From: Candidatus Poribacteria bacterium
Lineage (GTDB): Bacteria; Poribacteria; WGA-4E; WGA-3G
DNA length: 64,000 bases
NCBI GenBank assembly: GCA_965205015.1
Contig: OZ242029.1
Coordinates: 2,624,001 to 2,688,000, forward strand
Direction: 5' to 3'
Shown: piece after piece, positions 50,011 through 59,638 of the stretch
Position numbering within the stretch: the stretch's first letter is position 1
How the letters are laid out: each line of letters begins with the position of its first letter
The notes under the pieces: generated by a model
What the model was told of the DNA's origin: nothing
Databases searched by the model: none
The model's input: only the letters and a program-made list of their open reading frames with translations
Made by a program: the position numbers and the translations under genes

Positions 50011-50862
50011 ATGTTCAAATTGGGAACTATCACCGATGGAATCAGCCGGGACTTCGAGTATGCGCTCGACACGATGGTAGAAACTGGGTTGGAATACGTT
50101 GAGTTACAATACCTGTGGGAAAAGCAGGTTGGTGATCTGACGGATGCAGATGTTGAACGGGTCAAAGGATTAATCGAAGATCGGGATTTAAAGGTGTCGT
50201 GTATCTCGCATCACAATCTCACGGCACTTCCTGTGGACACAGCGGTTGATGCGCCTGCGTATCGTGCACACATTACGACACTGCAACGGTGTATTGAGGT
50301 CGCACAAGCACTTGGCACGAATCTTGTGAGGATTTTCAGTTTCCGAAAAGAGATGGTGCTTTTTGGGGCTGAACCGATTATTTCCGAAGGCGCGTGGACA
50401 ACACTTCTGAACCGGTTAGAGGAGCCGTTGCGAATCGCGGATGCGGCGGGTATCACGCTTGTCATCGAAACTGCGATTTCTGGTAACGTGACATCGGCAC
50501 ACCTTGCGAGAAAGTTGATTGATGAATTAGACGTACCGCATCTAAAAGTTCTTTGGGACCCGTGCAGTTCCCTTTATTGTACCGAAGTTCCGTATCCGGA
50601 TGGGTACGAAATCATTCGTGAGCATATTGCCCACGTTCATCTCAAGGATGGGGTTGTGAACCTCCCAGCGGCGACATTCGATTTCTGCGCCATGCGCCAA
50701 GGACAGATGGACCCTTACTACAATGACATCGTGCATGCCCTGAAACGCGACGGATACGCGGGGGCGATTTCCTTAGAGAGCGTCTACACGCCAATTGGGG
50801 GGACGCGTGAGGACGGATTTAGGGAATCGCTGCCGGTTTTTATGGAACTCATGGGCCGGTAA
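50011..50862 (+). CDS. Sugar phosphate isomerase/epimerase (xylose isomerase-like TIM barrel)
   Basis: ITDGIS, VRIFSF, VIET, WDP, HVHLKD and ISLE motifs. Confidence 0.88.
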   Translation: MFKLGTITDGISRDFEYALDTMVETGLEYVELQYLWEKQVGDLTDADVERVKGLIEDRDLKVSCISHHNLTALPVDTAVDAPAYRAHITTLQRCIEVAQALGTNLVRIFSFRKEMVLFGAEPIISEGAWTTLLNRLEEPLRIADAAGITLVIETAISGNVTSAHLARKLIDELDVPHLKVLWDPCSSLYCTEVPYPDGYEIIREHIAHVHLKDGVVNLPAATFDFCAMRQGQMDPYYNDIVHALKRDGYAGAISLESVYTPIGGTREDGFRESLPVFMELMGR

Positions 50863-50884
50863 CAAATAACCGTACCGAGCACCC

Positions 50885-50932
50885 TGTGCACACTTAATCA
50901 TGTGCACACTTAATTATGTGCACACTTAATTT
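50885..50932. repeat. 16-bp tandem repeat x3
   Basis: tgtgcacacttaatca / tgtgcacacttaatta / tgtgcacacttaattt. Confidence 0.9.
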
Positions 50933-50950
50933 TGGATTTACGGAAAAAGA

Positions 50951-50986
50951 AAAGGACGCAACCGATACGTTTTGGCTGCGTCCTTT
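50951..50986. terminator. Bidirectional terminator between convergent genes
   Basis: Stem aaaggacgca...tgcgtccttt with A- and T-rich flanks. Confidence 0.7.
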
Positions 50987-51011
50987 AATTTTATTTATTC
51001 AACCCTAAACA

Positions 51012-52238
51012 TTACTTGGTTTTCAGACTTCCCCAAGTTGTGAAGAGTTTCCCCGCGGGTTCGACGGAAACGAATCCACCGGTGTAAACATCCCATGTAC
51101 CACCAACACCAGCGAACAGGCTCCAACCGCCGCCGCGTTCACTGACCTTCACCAACAGGACATTTTTACCTGCGATCAAGTTAACTTTGAAATCATCTTG
51201 GAAATCGCCAGCGCCGCGGTTGACAGCGTTTGTGTGAACGACTTCACCGTTGAGCCAGACTTTGACGGAGTCATCACTACCGACTTTCGCCGGAACGCCA
51301 TCCTGTGCTTCGGCAGCTTCGAGGATGATCAGTCCATAAACGGAGTGGTCGTTGACATCGCCTTCGCCCAAGCCAATCTCATTGACGAGATCATTGACGT
51401 TGTTGCCGCCGGTTTCAGAAATCTCACCGACTGTCCATTCCAAATCACCGACTTTGTCGCCCGCCATGGCACCCTGCATGGAGACCATTTCTTCGGTCAC
51501 ATCACCACCACTGGCTTCAGCGAGTGAATCGACATCGGTAGAATTCGCGCCGCCTTGATTTGCTTCGGTTGCGGCAATCATCCAGAGCCACGGACCGGTA
51601 ATTTTCCCAGCGACACCGGGAGTTGCGGGTTTAAAGACAGCGGTCACGTCGGCATCAACACCGACGAACATGCTCCAACCGCCACCCCGTTCACTGACCT
51701 TCACGAGCAAGAGATTATCGCCTTGCTTAATATCCACTTGGAATGTGTCCTGAAAGTCGCCAGCCCCACGGTTAACAGCGTTTGTGTGAACCACTTCACC
51801 GTTGAGCCAGACCTTAACGGAGTCATCACTGCCGACTCTCATATCCACGCCGTCCTGATCAGAATCGGATTCAAGCGTGATGAGTGCGTAAGACGAGTGG
51901 TCGTTGACATCGCCTTCACCCAAGCCGATCTCAGTGACGGTGTCATTGACGTTGTTGCCGCCGGTTTCAGAAATCTCACCGAGCGTCCAGACCAAATCGC
52001 CGACAGCATCGCCTTCGTTGGCCCCGTTGTTTGCGATCATCTCTTCGGTCACATCACCGCCGCTGGCTTCAGCGAGTGAATCGATATCGGTAGCAGCTGC
52101 GCCGCCTTGCCCGGATTCGGTTGCGGCAATCATCCAGAGCCACGGACCCGTAATTTTGTCTTGGGCATCGGCAGTTTGTGCCATAGCAAAAAGTGCTATG
52201 AGACCTGCGAGCCCTATTGTGAACAATTTTCTATACAT
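51012..52238 (-). CDS. Secreted acidic protein with two tandem GSDD (PA14/galactose-binding-like) domains and a C-terminal VEPAGKL.TTW motif
   Basis: ggagg plus ATG at 52238; signal peptide ending ADA; 184-aa repeat (552-bp period) KITGPWLWMIA...GSDDSVKVWLNG...LLVKVSERGGGWS. Confidence 0.85.
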   Translation of the reverse strand: MYRKLFTIGLAGLIALFAMAQTADAQDKITGPWLWMIAATESGQGGAAATDIDSLAEASGGDVTEEMIANNGANEGDAVGDLVWTLGEISETGGNNVNDTVTEIGLGEGDVNDHSSYALITLESDSDQDGVDMRVGSDDSVKVWLNGEVVHTNAVNRGAGDFQDTFQVDIKQGDNLLLVKVSERGGGWSMFVGVDADVTAVFKPATPGVAGKITGPWLWMIAATEANQGGANSTDVDSLAEASGGDVTEEMVSMQGAMAGDKVGDLEWTVGEISETGGNNVNDLVNEIGLGEGDVNDHSVYGLIILEAAEAQDGVPAKVGSDDSVKVWLNGEVVHTNAVNRGAGDFQDDFKVNLIAGKNVLLVKVSERGGGWSLFAGVGGTWDVYTGGFVSVEPAGKLFTTWGSLKTK

Positions 52239-52507
52239 GAAAATCCTCCAATTATTTTTTATTTTTAAATCAAACAAAACAAAGTGAAATCAGTGTTGCC
52301 CGTTTTTGTGGTCCGGCTGCACCTCAATCGGGGATCGCGGCTATAATAATACACCGATGCTTACAAAGATAGGACAACCTCTTCAGATTAGTTTAACAAA
52401 TATACCAGAATTAAATCAAGCACAAAAAACTTTGTGCGATTTTAGCCGGTAAAAACGGCTCCAAATCGTGAGATCCCAGAACAGTGATACCGGCTAAGGA
52501 TATCAAC

Positions 52508-53200
52508 TTAGTAAGAACGTTTGATTTCTGCCCACTGTGTCGCTAATTTGCCAGCAGGTTCAACAGGAAGTCCCTTGAACTCCAGATTGTATTCCAAAGG
52601 TGCGTCGATACCGGCGAACATGCTCCAACCCCCGCCGCGTTCGCACACTTTAACCATAAAAACGTTATCGCCTTTTTTCACGTCCACCTCAAATGTGTCC
52701 TGAAAATCGCCAGCACCACGGTTAACGGCGTTTTTGTGAACCTCTTCGCCGTTCATCCAGACCTTAACGGAATCATCGCTGCCGACACGGGCTTCAACAC
52801 CTTTCTTCGTAGCTTTTGATACGGCGTTGATTACGGCGTAGGAACAGTGGTCATTGACATCGCCCCCGGGACCCAACTTGATCTTTATGAGCATGTCGTT
52901 GATGTTGTTTCCACCGACTGCGGCGATTTCTCCCTCGGTCCATTTATAATTTTCGGCAAATTTGACCTTCAGAATGTCCTTTGTAATGCCCTGTTCTGCG
53001 ACATCTATCTCGGTCAGTTTACCCTTTGTTGCCTCCTCGATACCGTCTTCGTCTGTTACGGCGGCACCCCCTTGGCCGGCGGGGCTTTCGGTGATCATCC
53101 AATACCAAGGACCCTCAATTTTGTCTAAGGCAATGGCAAATTGTGCCGTAAGCAGGCATCCGATAGCACACACCGCCATAGTCATGAATATACGTTTCAT
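52508..53200 (-). CDS. Secreted single-domain paralogue with the same C-terminal motif
   Basis: Signal peptide ending AIA; KIEGPWYWMI...GSDDSVKVWMNG...GGGWS; ends PVEPAGKLATQWAEIKRSY. Confidence 0.85.
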   Translation of the reverse strand: MKRIFMTMAVCAIGCLLTAQFAIALDKIEGPWYWMITESPAGQGGAAVTDEDGIEEATKGKLTEIDVAEQGITKDILKVKFAENYKWTEGEIAAVGGNNINDMLIKIKLGPGGDVNDHCSYAVINAVSKATKKGVEARVGSDDSVKVWMNGEEVHKNAVNRGAGDFQDTFEVDVKKGDNVFMVKVCERGGGWSMFAGIDAPLEYNLEFKGLPVEPAGKLATQWAEIKRSY

Positions 53201-53331
53201 TTTTTATCTAACCTCCCTCTCTTAACTTTAGGAACTTGTGAAAGTGTCGTTTATCTAACGAAAATAGTTTAACACAAGTTACCGGAAAAGTCAAATTGAT
53301 TTTTTCAGTTGCGTTTGAAAATACCTATCGG

Positions 53332-53637
53332 TCATTCTGCCTGTAACTGCTTTTGGACACTGCTCACCTTATCATCCATTGTTTGTGTTCTGTCGACCCG
53401 AGTGCCAAACTTGAGCGTTGTTGTGATACGCGGGGCACCCATCTCATGGACGACTTCGTGACACCGCCGAATTGCTGCAAAGACAGCATTCCATTCGCCT
53501 TCAATATTAGTACCATAAGCGTGTAGTTTTGTCTCCAAACCTGCTTCCTTCAACACTTTTTCACAAGCAGTAACATATTTCGAGACCGAGACACCGACTC
53601 CTATTGGAACAACACAGAGATCTGCGATAACCTTCAT
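53332..53637 (-). CDS. MTH1187/YkoF-family thiamine-binding protein
   Basis: MKVIADLCVVPIG..VSVS.YV, GTNIEGEW, CHE and RI.T motifs. Confidence 0.9.
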   Translation of the reverse strand: MKVIADLCVVPIGVGVSVSKYVTACEKVLKEAGLETKLHAYGTNIEGEWNAVFAAIRRCHEVVHEMGAPRITTTLKFGTRVDRTQTMDDKVSSVQKQLQAE

Positions 53638-53647
53638 AGCATCTCCC

Positions 53648-54586
53648 TTAATTATTGTGTAATTGTTCCAGAATGTCAGCAGGTAAAGGCACGGCACCCG
53701 AGGTCGCAACTCCGTCGTCAACTTGCGCTGGGGTCATCATTCCTGGAACAACACAAGAGACTGCCGGATGCGCCAAAATGAATTTGAGGGCGGCTTGTGG
53801 AAGGCTGCGCGCTTTATTTTTAACGATTGACTTTACCTGTTCCACACGCGTCAGATCAGAGAGAAATTTCTCACGGGACCACGTCTTCCGATAATCGTTC
53901 TCCGCAAAGACGGTATCCGGTCCGAGCTGTCCAGAGAGTAGACCGGACGACAACGGCTGTCGGACAACAACAGCGATGCCGCGCTCGGTGGCCGTCTGCA
54001 TCACAGGGGTTGCCATTTCTTGGGTGAGAATGTTGTAAGTGAGCATCAACGAAGAGATACCGGTTTCTTTCAGCGCCTTTAGTGCATCTGCCTCACCGCC
54101 GAGGCATAATCCATAAAAGCGAATTTTGCCTTCGGTTTTGAGTGCCTCCATTGTCCCGAATGCATCATCCCATGCCTCTGCGGGGGGTGGAGAGTGGAAT
54201 TGATAGATGTCTATAACATCCCGCTTCAACCGTGTGAGACTCCCTTCAACCGCCAGACGAATATAATCCGGTGAGACGTTGAACGATGGATGTTCCCATC
54301 CATGGCTAATCCAGCCATCGGAATCCAATTCATAACCGAGTTTCGTGGCAATGATAACTCTATCGCCGAGGGCTGAAAAGGCTTCACCGAGTAGCCGTTC
54401 GGCGCGACCTCCACCATATTGGTCTGCTGTGTCGTAATAGGTGACACCACTTTCAAAGGCGTATCGGAGGAGATCCACAGCATCGGTTTCACCGATGTCT
54501 CCCCATTCGCGTCCTCCAAGTTCCCATGTTCCCATGCCGATTTCAGAAACGGTTAACCCTGTATTCCCCAATTTACGTTGACGCAT
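53648..54586 (-). CDS. Aldo/keto reductase
   Basis: RKLGNTGL.VSEIG.GTW, DTADQYG and SL.RL..D.ID motifs. Confidence 0.92.
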   Translation of the reverse strand: MRQRKLGNTGLTVSEIGMGTWELGGREWGDIGETDAVDLLRYAFESGVTYYDTADQYGGGRAERLLGEAFSALGDRVIIATKLGYELDSDGWISHGWEHPSFNVSPDYIRLAVEGSLTRLKRDVIDIYQFHSPPPAEAWDDAFGTMEALKTEGKIRFYGLCLGGEADALKALKETGISSLMLTYNILTQEMATPVMQTATERGIAVVVRQPLSSGLLSGQLGPDTVFAENDYRKTWSREKFLSDLTRVEQVKSIVKNKARSLPQAALKFILAHPAVSCVVPGMMTPAQVDDGVATSGAVPLPADILEQLHNN

Positions 54587-54862
54587 GATTCTCCCTTTCG
54601 CAAGGCACGGGACCCTGCACTCTCTAAAGTATTACAATTTGGATGTATCATCCATTTTATGATATTCATAATTACTTGTCAACAATTTTTATTCCGCTCT
54701 GGTACTCAGAATCTTCCGTTACAAAAGCGAATTTAGATTGACAGACGACACGCATTTTTGATAAGATAGAGTTACCCATTGAAAAGGAGGGTTGCTGGCT
54801 AAAAAACTCGCAAATTTTCGGGTTGCAAGTCGCGCTGCTTCTCCGCAAGGAACAATTAAAAA

Positions 54863-55900
54863 ATGAAATTATTGGTCACGGGTGGTGCAGGATTTATCGG
54901 GACCAACTTTATCCGATATTGGCTGCAACGCAATTCGGGCGATGTTATTGTCAACTTTGACCGGTTGACGTACGCTGGGAATCTCTCCAATCTGATGGAC
55001 ATAGCGGAAACTCGCTATCCAGAGCGGTACAGGTTTGTACACGGCGATATTCTGGACGCTGCTCTTGTGGAGGGTGTTGTAAAAAAGGAGGGTCCAGACG
55101 TAATTGTCAATTTCGCTGCGGAGTCCCATAACAGTCGGGCAATTCTGCATCCGCGTCGGTTTTTTGAAACGAATGTGATGGGAACACAGGTGTTACTCGA
55201 TGCGTCTCGGAAGTACGACGTGCGGCGATTTCATCACATCTCTACCTGCGAGGTCTATGGCGAACTTCCTTTAGATTCACCCGATAGGTTCAGTGAAAAT
55301 GCCCCCTATCGTCCGCAAACACCTTACAACGCCTCTAAAGCGGCAGCGGATCATCTCGTGAACGCCTACTTCCACAGTTTCGGTATACCGATAACGATTT
55401 CCAATTGTGCGAATAACTACGGTCCCTATCAACATCCAGAAAAACTCATTCCGCTCTTTACAACGAATGCACTCCAGGATTTACCCTTAACGCTCTACCG
55501 AAGCAGTCATAACCGACGAGAATGGTTGCATGTTGAGGATCATTGCAGGGCAATCGCGGCGGTCCTTGCGCACGGCAAAATCGGTGAAACTTACAACGTC
55601 GGGAGTGGTGTGGAGAAGAGTATTGAAGAAATTAGCGATTTCATATTGGATGTTCTTAATAAACCGCAGCATCTGAAAACTTATGTTCCTGACCGACCCG
55701 GGCACGATTGCCGTTATCTCTTGGATTCAAGCAAGATCGCTCGTGATGTGGGCTGGAAACCGATGATTGCATTTGAAGATGGGATGCGTGAGACCATCCA
55801 GTGGTACCTCGAAAATCGGAAATGGTGGCAAACAATTCAACAGAAGGCAGGCGATGAAGCAGTGCAGGAGGACAAATGGGAAACATTCTCAGGGAGGTGA
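54863..55900 (+). CDS. rfbB: dTDP-glucose 4,6-dehydratase
   Basis: TGGAGFIG, LTYAGN, NFAAESH, ISTCEVYG, YNASK, NNYGPYQ.PEKLIP and DRPGHD motifs. Confidence 0.88.
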   Translation: MKLLVTGGAGFIGTNFIRYWLQRNSGDVIVNFDRLTYAGNLSNLMDIAETRYPERYRFVHGDILDAALVEGVVKKEGPDVIVNFAAESHNSRAILHPRRFFETNVMGTQVLLDASRKYDVRRFHHISTCEVYGELPLDSPDRFSENAPYRPQTPYNASKAAADHLVNAYFHSFGIPITISNCANNYGPYQHPEKLIPLFTTNALQDLPLTLYRSSHNRREWLHVEDHCRAIAAVLAHGKIGETYNVGSGVEKSIEEISDFILDVLNKPQHLKTYVPDRPGHDCRYLLDSSKIARDVGWKPMIAFEDGMRETIQWYLENRKWWQTIQQKAGDEAVQEDKWETFSGR

Positions 55901-55904
55901 CACT

Positions 55905-56873
55905 ATGCAACTCACAACGGAACAATTAACAGCATGGAAACGAGATGGAATAATCGTGGTGCCTAACGTGTTTTCACCAGAAGCGGCAGCACCGGCGTTA
56001 GAAGCGGTTGAACGAAATGCGTATGATGGCTTGACTTATGCCGAATATCGGACGAAATGGGATCCGCAGCCGGACGCGTTGAAAAGTGCTTATGAGAAGA
56101 ACAGTGACATGCAACGGCTCGCTGGTCCTTTTGGGAAAGTGCTGCATTTTCCAACAGGTTTGGAAGCGGTGGATAAGCTCATCGAGAACGAGGCATATCT
56201 CGCAATCGCACAGCAACTCTTAGGCACGGAGGAAATTCGGCTCGGTTATGGACAAATCTTCCTTCGAGAGGGGCTCACCGATAGCCGTCATAGCGAACAT
56301 CCGTGGCAGGGTTACCACATCGACAATGCGACGAACTCCCCCTTACCCCCGCACCCGGATTGGCAACGCTATGGATATATTCTGTCCGCTATTTTCCTAC
56401 ACGACATTGAAGTGGATGGTGCCCCTATGCTCGTTTGCCCCGGTTCACAGAACCAATTGGATAAAATATGGGCGAAGTATCCGGGTAGAGCGGGCGGAAT
56501 GGGTATCCCTGACCTCCGTGAATTTAAAGGAGAACTTGCAGATCCGGTTCCGCTTACAGCGCAGGCGGGAAGTGTAGCATTCCGATCCAGCTACTTGGTT
56601 CATGCAGCGCAGCCGTTTCAGAACAGAAGCAGACAGCGTGGGTGGATGGGGTATCACTTCCATCGCGCCGACAATGACGATTGGTGCAAAACAACGCGCC
56701 CAGTGCCGGGTTGGGGCAGCCCACAGTATATGAAATTTGTGGCGCAAACGACCCCCGCCGTGCGCCATGTTTTGGGGTGGCCGGCTCTGGGTGATGCATA
56801 CTATACGTCGGAGGCTCTTACGCGTCTTGAGCATGCATATCCGGGGATTGATTTGGAACCTTACCGAAGGTAA
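55905..56873 (+). CDS. PhyH-family Fe(II)/2OG oxygenase
   Basis: ATG at 55905 after ggaggtg; LTTEQL..WKRDG, HID, CPGS and AGSV...LVH motifs. Confidence 0.85.
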   Translation: MQLTTEQLTAWKRDGIIVVPNVFSPEAAAPALEAVERNAYDGLTYAEYRTKWDPQPDALKSAYEKNSDMQRLAGPFGKVLHFPTGLEAVDKLIENEAYLAIAQQLLGTEEIRLGYGQIFLREGLTDSRHSEHPWQGYHIDNATNSPLPPHPDWQRYGYILSAIFLHDIEVDGAPMLVCPGSQNQLDKIWAKYPGRAGGMGIPDLREFKGELADPVPLTAQAGSVAFRSSYLVHAAQPFQNRSRQRGWMGYHFHRADNDDWCKTTRPVPGWGSPQYMKFVAQTTPAVRHVLGWPALGDAYYTSEALTRLEHAYPGIDLEPYRR

Positions 56874-56885
56874 AAGTAGAAAGGA

Positions 56886-57938
56886 TTGTCTATGAGTAAA
56901 ACGAGAAAAGTTTTGATGATGAACGAAGCCGGACGTATCTGGACGGAGGAGCAGGAAACCCCTGCGCCGAAACAGGGGCAGCTCTTAATTGAAGTTCACG
57001 CCTCGATGGTAAGTCCTGGTACGGAACTCGGTGGGGTCAAACGGCGACGCGAAAATCCAGGCTCCGAAGCGCGGCAGCGTCCATTCGGATACACGAATGC
57101 TGGGGTTGTGATCGGCAAAGAGGGAGACTGCGACGAATTTGAAGTTGGTGATAGGGTGGCGGGTATGGGTGGCGGATATGCGCTTCATGCCACATACGCC
57201 TGTGTGCCACATAATTTATGCGCGAAGATTCCGGATAAAGTGAGTGCTGAAGAAGCCTCATCTATTCATCTTGCGGCAACCGCACTTCACGCTGTGCAAC
57301 GCGGACGCGTCCGCATCGGTGAGAACGTTGTCGTTGCTGGATTGGGCATTGTTGGGCAATTTGCGTGTCAGATAGCCAAAGCCGCGGGTGCTTATGTTAT
57401 CGGCTTGGATCGGTTGTCCTTGCGGATCGGTATTGCTGAAAACGCCGGGATACATCGTGCAATAAACGTCTCAGAGACGGATCCGATCCCGATTGCAGAA
57501 GAATTCACCAACAGTTACGGTATGGATTGCGGCATTATTGCCTTCGGTGGCGACGCAACGAGCGCGTTTCAGCAGATCCGTGCGATGCTGAAAACCGCAC
57601 CGGATACCCACAAAGTCGGACGGATTGTCATTGTCGGGGGTGCGAACATTACACACGGTTTTGCGGCAGGTCTCGGTAACGTCGATGTTATCAGTGCGGC
57701 TCGCACTGGACCCGGTTACCACGATGAGGATTATGAACACGGCGCGGATTATCCACCGGTATTTGTCCCGTGGCCGACACAGCGCAATTTGGAATTATCG
57801 TTGCGACTGATGTCGGAGGGTAAAATCCGAGTGAATCCCCTGATTACGGATATTCTTCCGATTGATCGGGCGCCCGAAGGGTGTGAAAAATTGATCCAAA
57901 CCCCGAATGAAGCGTTAGGGGTTGTCTTTTCAATGTAG
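56886..57938 (+). CDS. Zinc-binding dehydrogenase-like MDR protein
   Basis: SMVSPGTE, GY..AG.V and GLGIVGQ motifs. Confidence 0.85.
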   Translation: MSMSKTRKVLMMNEAGRIWTEEQETPAPKQGQLLIEVHASMVSPGTELGGVKRRRENPGSEARQRPFGYTNAGVVIGKEGDCDEFEVGDRVAGMGGGYALHATYACVPHNLCAKIPDKVSAEEASSIHLAATALHAVQRGRVRIGENVVVAGLGIVGQFACQIAKAAGAYVIGLDRLSLRIGIAENAGIHRAINVSETDPIPIAEEFTNSYGMDCGIIAFGGDATSAFQQIRAMLKTAPDTHKVGRIVIVGGANITHGFAAGLGNVDVISAARTGPGYHDEDYEHGADYPPVFVPWPTQRNLELSLRLMSEGKIRVNPLITDILPIDRAPEGCEKLIQTPNEALGVVFSM

Positions 57939-57955
57939 TAGATTGGGATAACAGA

Positions 57956-59176
57956 ATGGAGATTAGAGGCGCTCACGAATCAGAATTAGAACAGGTCGTT
58001 GAACTTTGTTGTTTGGCGTTTAATCCCGATGGACATGAACGCTATTGGCAGTATGTGCGCGGGGACAGCAGTTACAGACTTCCGCAAACCCGGGTTGTCG
58101 TTGTGAACGACACGGTTGTTTCAACCCTGCGCGTTTGGGAACGGCGGATGCGGGTCGGGGCATCCCTCGTAACGATGGGTGGCATTGGCGGTGTTTGCAC
58201 ACATCCGAAGTATCGTGGGGTGGGGTATGCGTCTGCCCTCATGCGGGATACTATTGACTATCTGCGGACGACGGGGTGTGACATCGGCGCGCTGTTTAGT
58301 ATCATTCCAGAAGCGTTTTACCGGCGTTTGGGATGGACCTCTTTACCGCTACACGGATTCCAGTTGACATCCTACTCGGAAACCACCGCTATGGCAGCAT
58401 CATCGGAATGGCAGGTAACCGATTTTAACCCAAAGACGGATTTAGACGCTGTGGCGGCACTACACGACCTCGCCAATGCTCAGCAGAGTGGCACGATTGC
58501 TCGGACACGTGCTTACTGGGATATGGCGCCCTGCCGCATCCGAGAGGTCCTTCCAACTGTTGTCGCCCGCCAAGATGGACGCATCGGTGGGTATCTCAAC
58601 TATGAAACGGAAGGCAAGCGAATGGAAGTGCGTGAAGTCGGATACGCCCCTGATGATCCATCGATATTGGATGTACTTGTATCCCATCTTTTGCAAACGT
58701 GTGAAGCACGAGGGGTTGAAGAAATAAACGGCAGATTTCCACCCCAACATCCATTTGCAGAACGCCTAATAGCGAAGTGTAACAGCCCGGTAAACCAGAC
58801 AAAATATACAGGGATGATGCTTTATGCCGTGAATCTGCCAGTACTTTTACGTCGGTTTGTCGTCGACTGGGAATTACGAATTGCGGATGCTGATGAGACG
58901 TTTGCACCGCTCGCTGTTAAACTGCTTGTTCTTAACAATCAACAAATAGTACTGCGACACACTGCTGATGGCACGCTGCAAATCGTTCCTGAAGATACCG
59001 ATGCTGTTGACTTGGGAGTAGACTTAACCGAAGCGGATTTCTGGCAACTCCTGTTCGGTGAAATAGGGTGGGAGCAGATAGGTTCGGATGCAACGGTGTC
59101 TTCAGAAATCTCGTCATTTTTAACGACATTGTTTCCGAAACGCACTGTCATTTTCTGGTCCCCGGATCAGTATTGA
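57956..59176 (+). CDS. Eis-like GNAT acetyltransferase
   Basis: GGIGGVCTHPKYRGVGYA and FYRRLGW motifs; tandem GNAT plus SCP-like C-terminus. Confidence 0.85.
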   Translation: MEIRGAHESELEQVVELCCLAFNPDGHERYWQYVRGDSSYRLPQTRVVVVNDTVVSTLRVWERRMRVGASLVTMGGIGGVCTHPKYRGVGYASALMRDTIDYLRTTGCDIGALFSIIPEAFYRRLGWTSLPLHGFQLTSYSETTAMAASSEWQVTDFNPKTDLDAVAALHDLANAQQSGTIARTRAYWDMAPCRIREVLPTVVARQDGRIGGYLNYETEGKRMEVREVGYAPDDPSILDVLVSHLLQTCEARGVEEINGRFPPQHPFAERLIAKCNSPVNQTKYTGMMLYAVNLPVLLRRFVVDWELRIADADETFAPLAVKLLVLNNQQIVLRHTADGTLQIVPEDTDAVDLGVDLTEADFWQLLFGEIGWEQIGSDATVSSEISSFLTTLFPKRTVIFWSPDQY

Positions 59177-59196
59177 GAAACCGATGGAGGCTCACA

Positions 59197-59580
59197 ATGA
59201 ATACATCGTTTGAAAGACCTTACAGACCTGTAGATCTGGATACGTCATTAACCAAGTCGTTTCCGCTTATGTCAATGGCTGAAAAACTTATGGAAGAAGC
59301 CGCATTCGCCACGTCTGGTCGTGCCTCGCTGACCTTAGCCCGTGGGGATGAACTCACTATCGTCCTGGCTGTGCTGAAAGCGGGAACTACGCTTGAGGAG
59401 CATTCAGCACCTGCAGCCGCTGTCGTCGTTACGCTTAGCGGAAACATTATATTTACAACAAGTGCTGATAAGATAACGCTGGAACAAGGGGACGGGGTTA
59501 CCTTCACAGAGGACATTCTGCACAGTGTCTATGCTACTGAAGATAGTGCCTTCCTCATTGTGATCGGAGGAAAGAGTTAG
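59197..59580 (+). CDS. Cupin-domain protein
   Basis: ATG at 59197 after ggagg; LEEHSAP...LHSVYA.EDS.FL. Confidence 0.82.
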   Translation: MNTSFERPYRPVDLDTSLTKSFPLMSMAEKLMEEAAFATSGRASLTLARGDELTIVLAVLKAGTTLEEHSAPAAAVVVTLSGNIIFTTSADKITLEQGDGVTFTEDILHSVYATEDSAFLIVIGGKS

Positions 59581-59638
59581 GTATCACAGAAAAGAACAGT
59601 GAAGGTCATACAGATACAGCCCGGATAGTGATAGAAGG

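Noticed and set aside
50885-50932. Possible mini-CRISPR
   Set aside because: Repeats are 16 bp and directly adjacent with no spacers; no cas genes in the window.
51100-52160. 552-bp internal duplication as a DGR template/variable repeat pair
   Set aside because: Both copies are in-frame domains of one protein, differences are not confined to adenines, and no reverse transcriptase is present.
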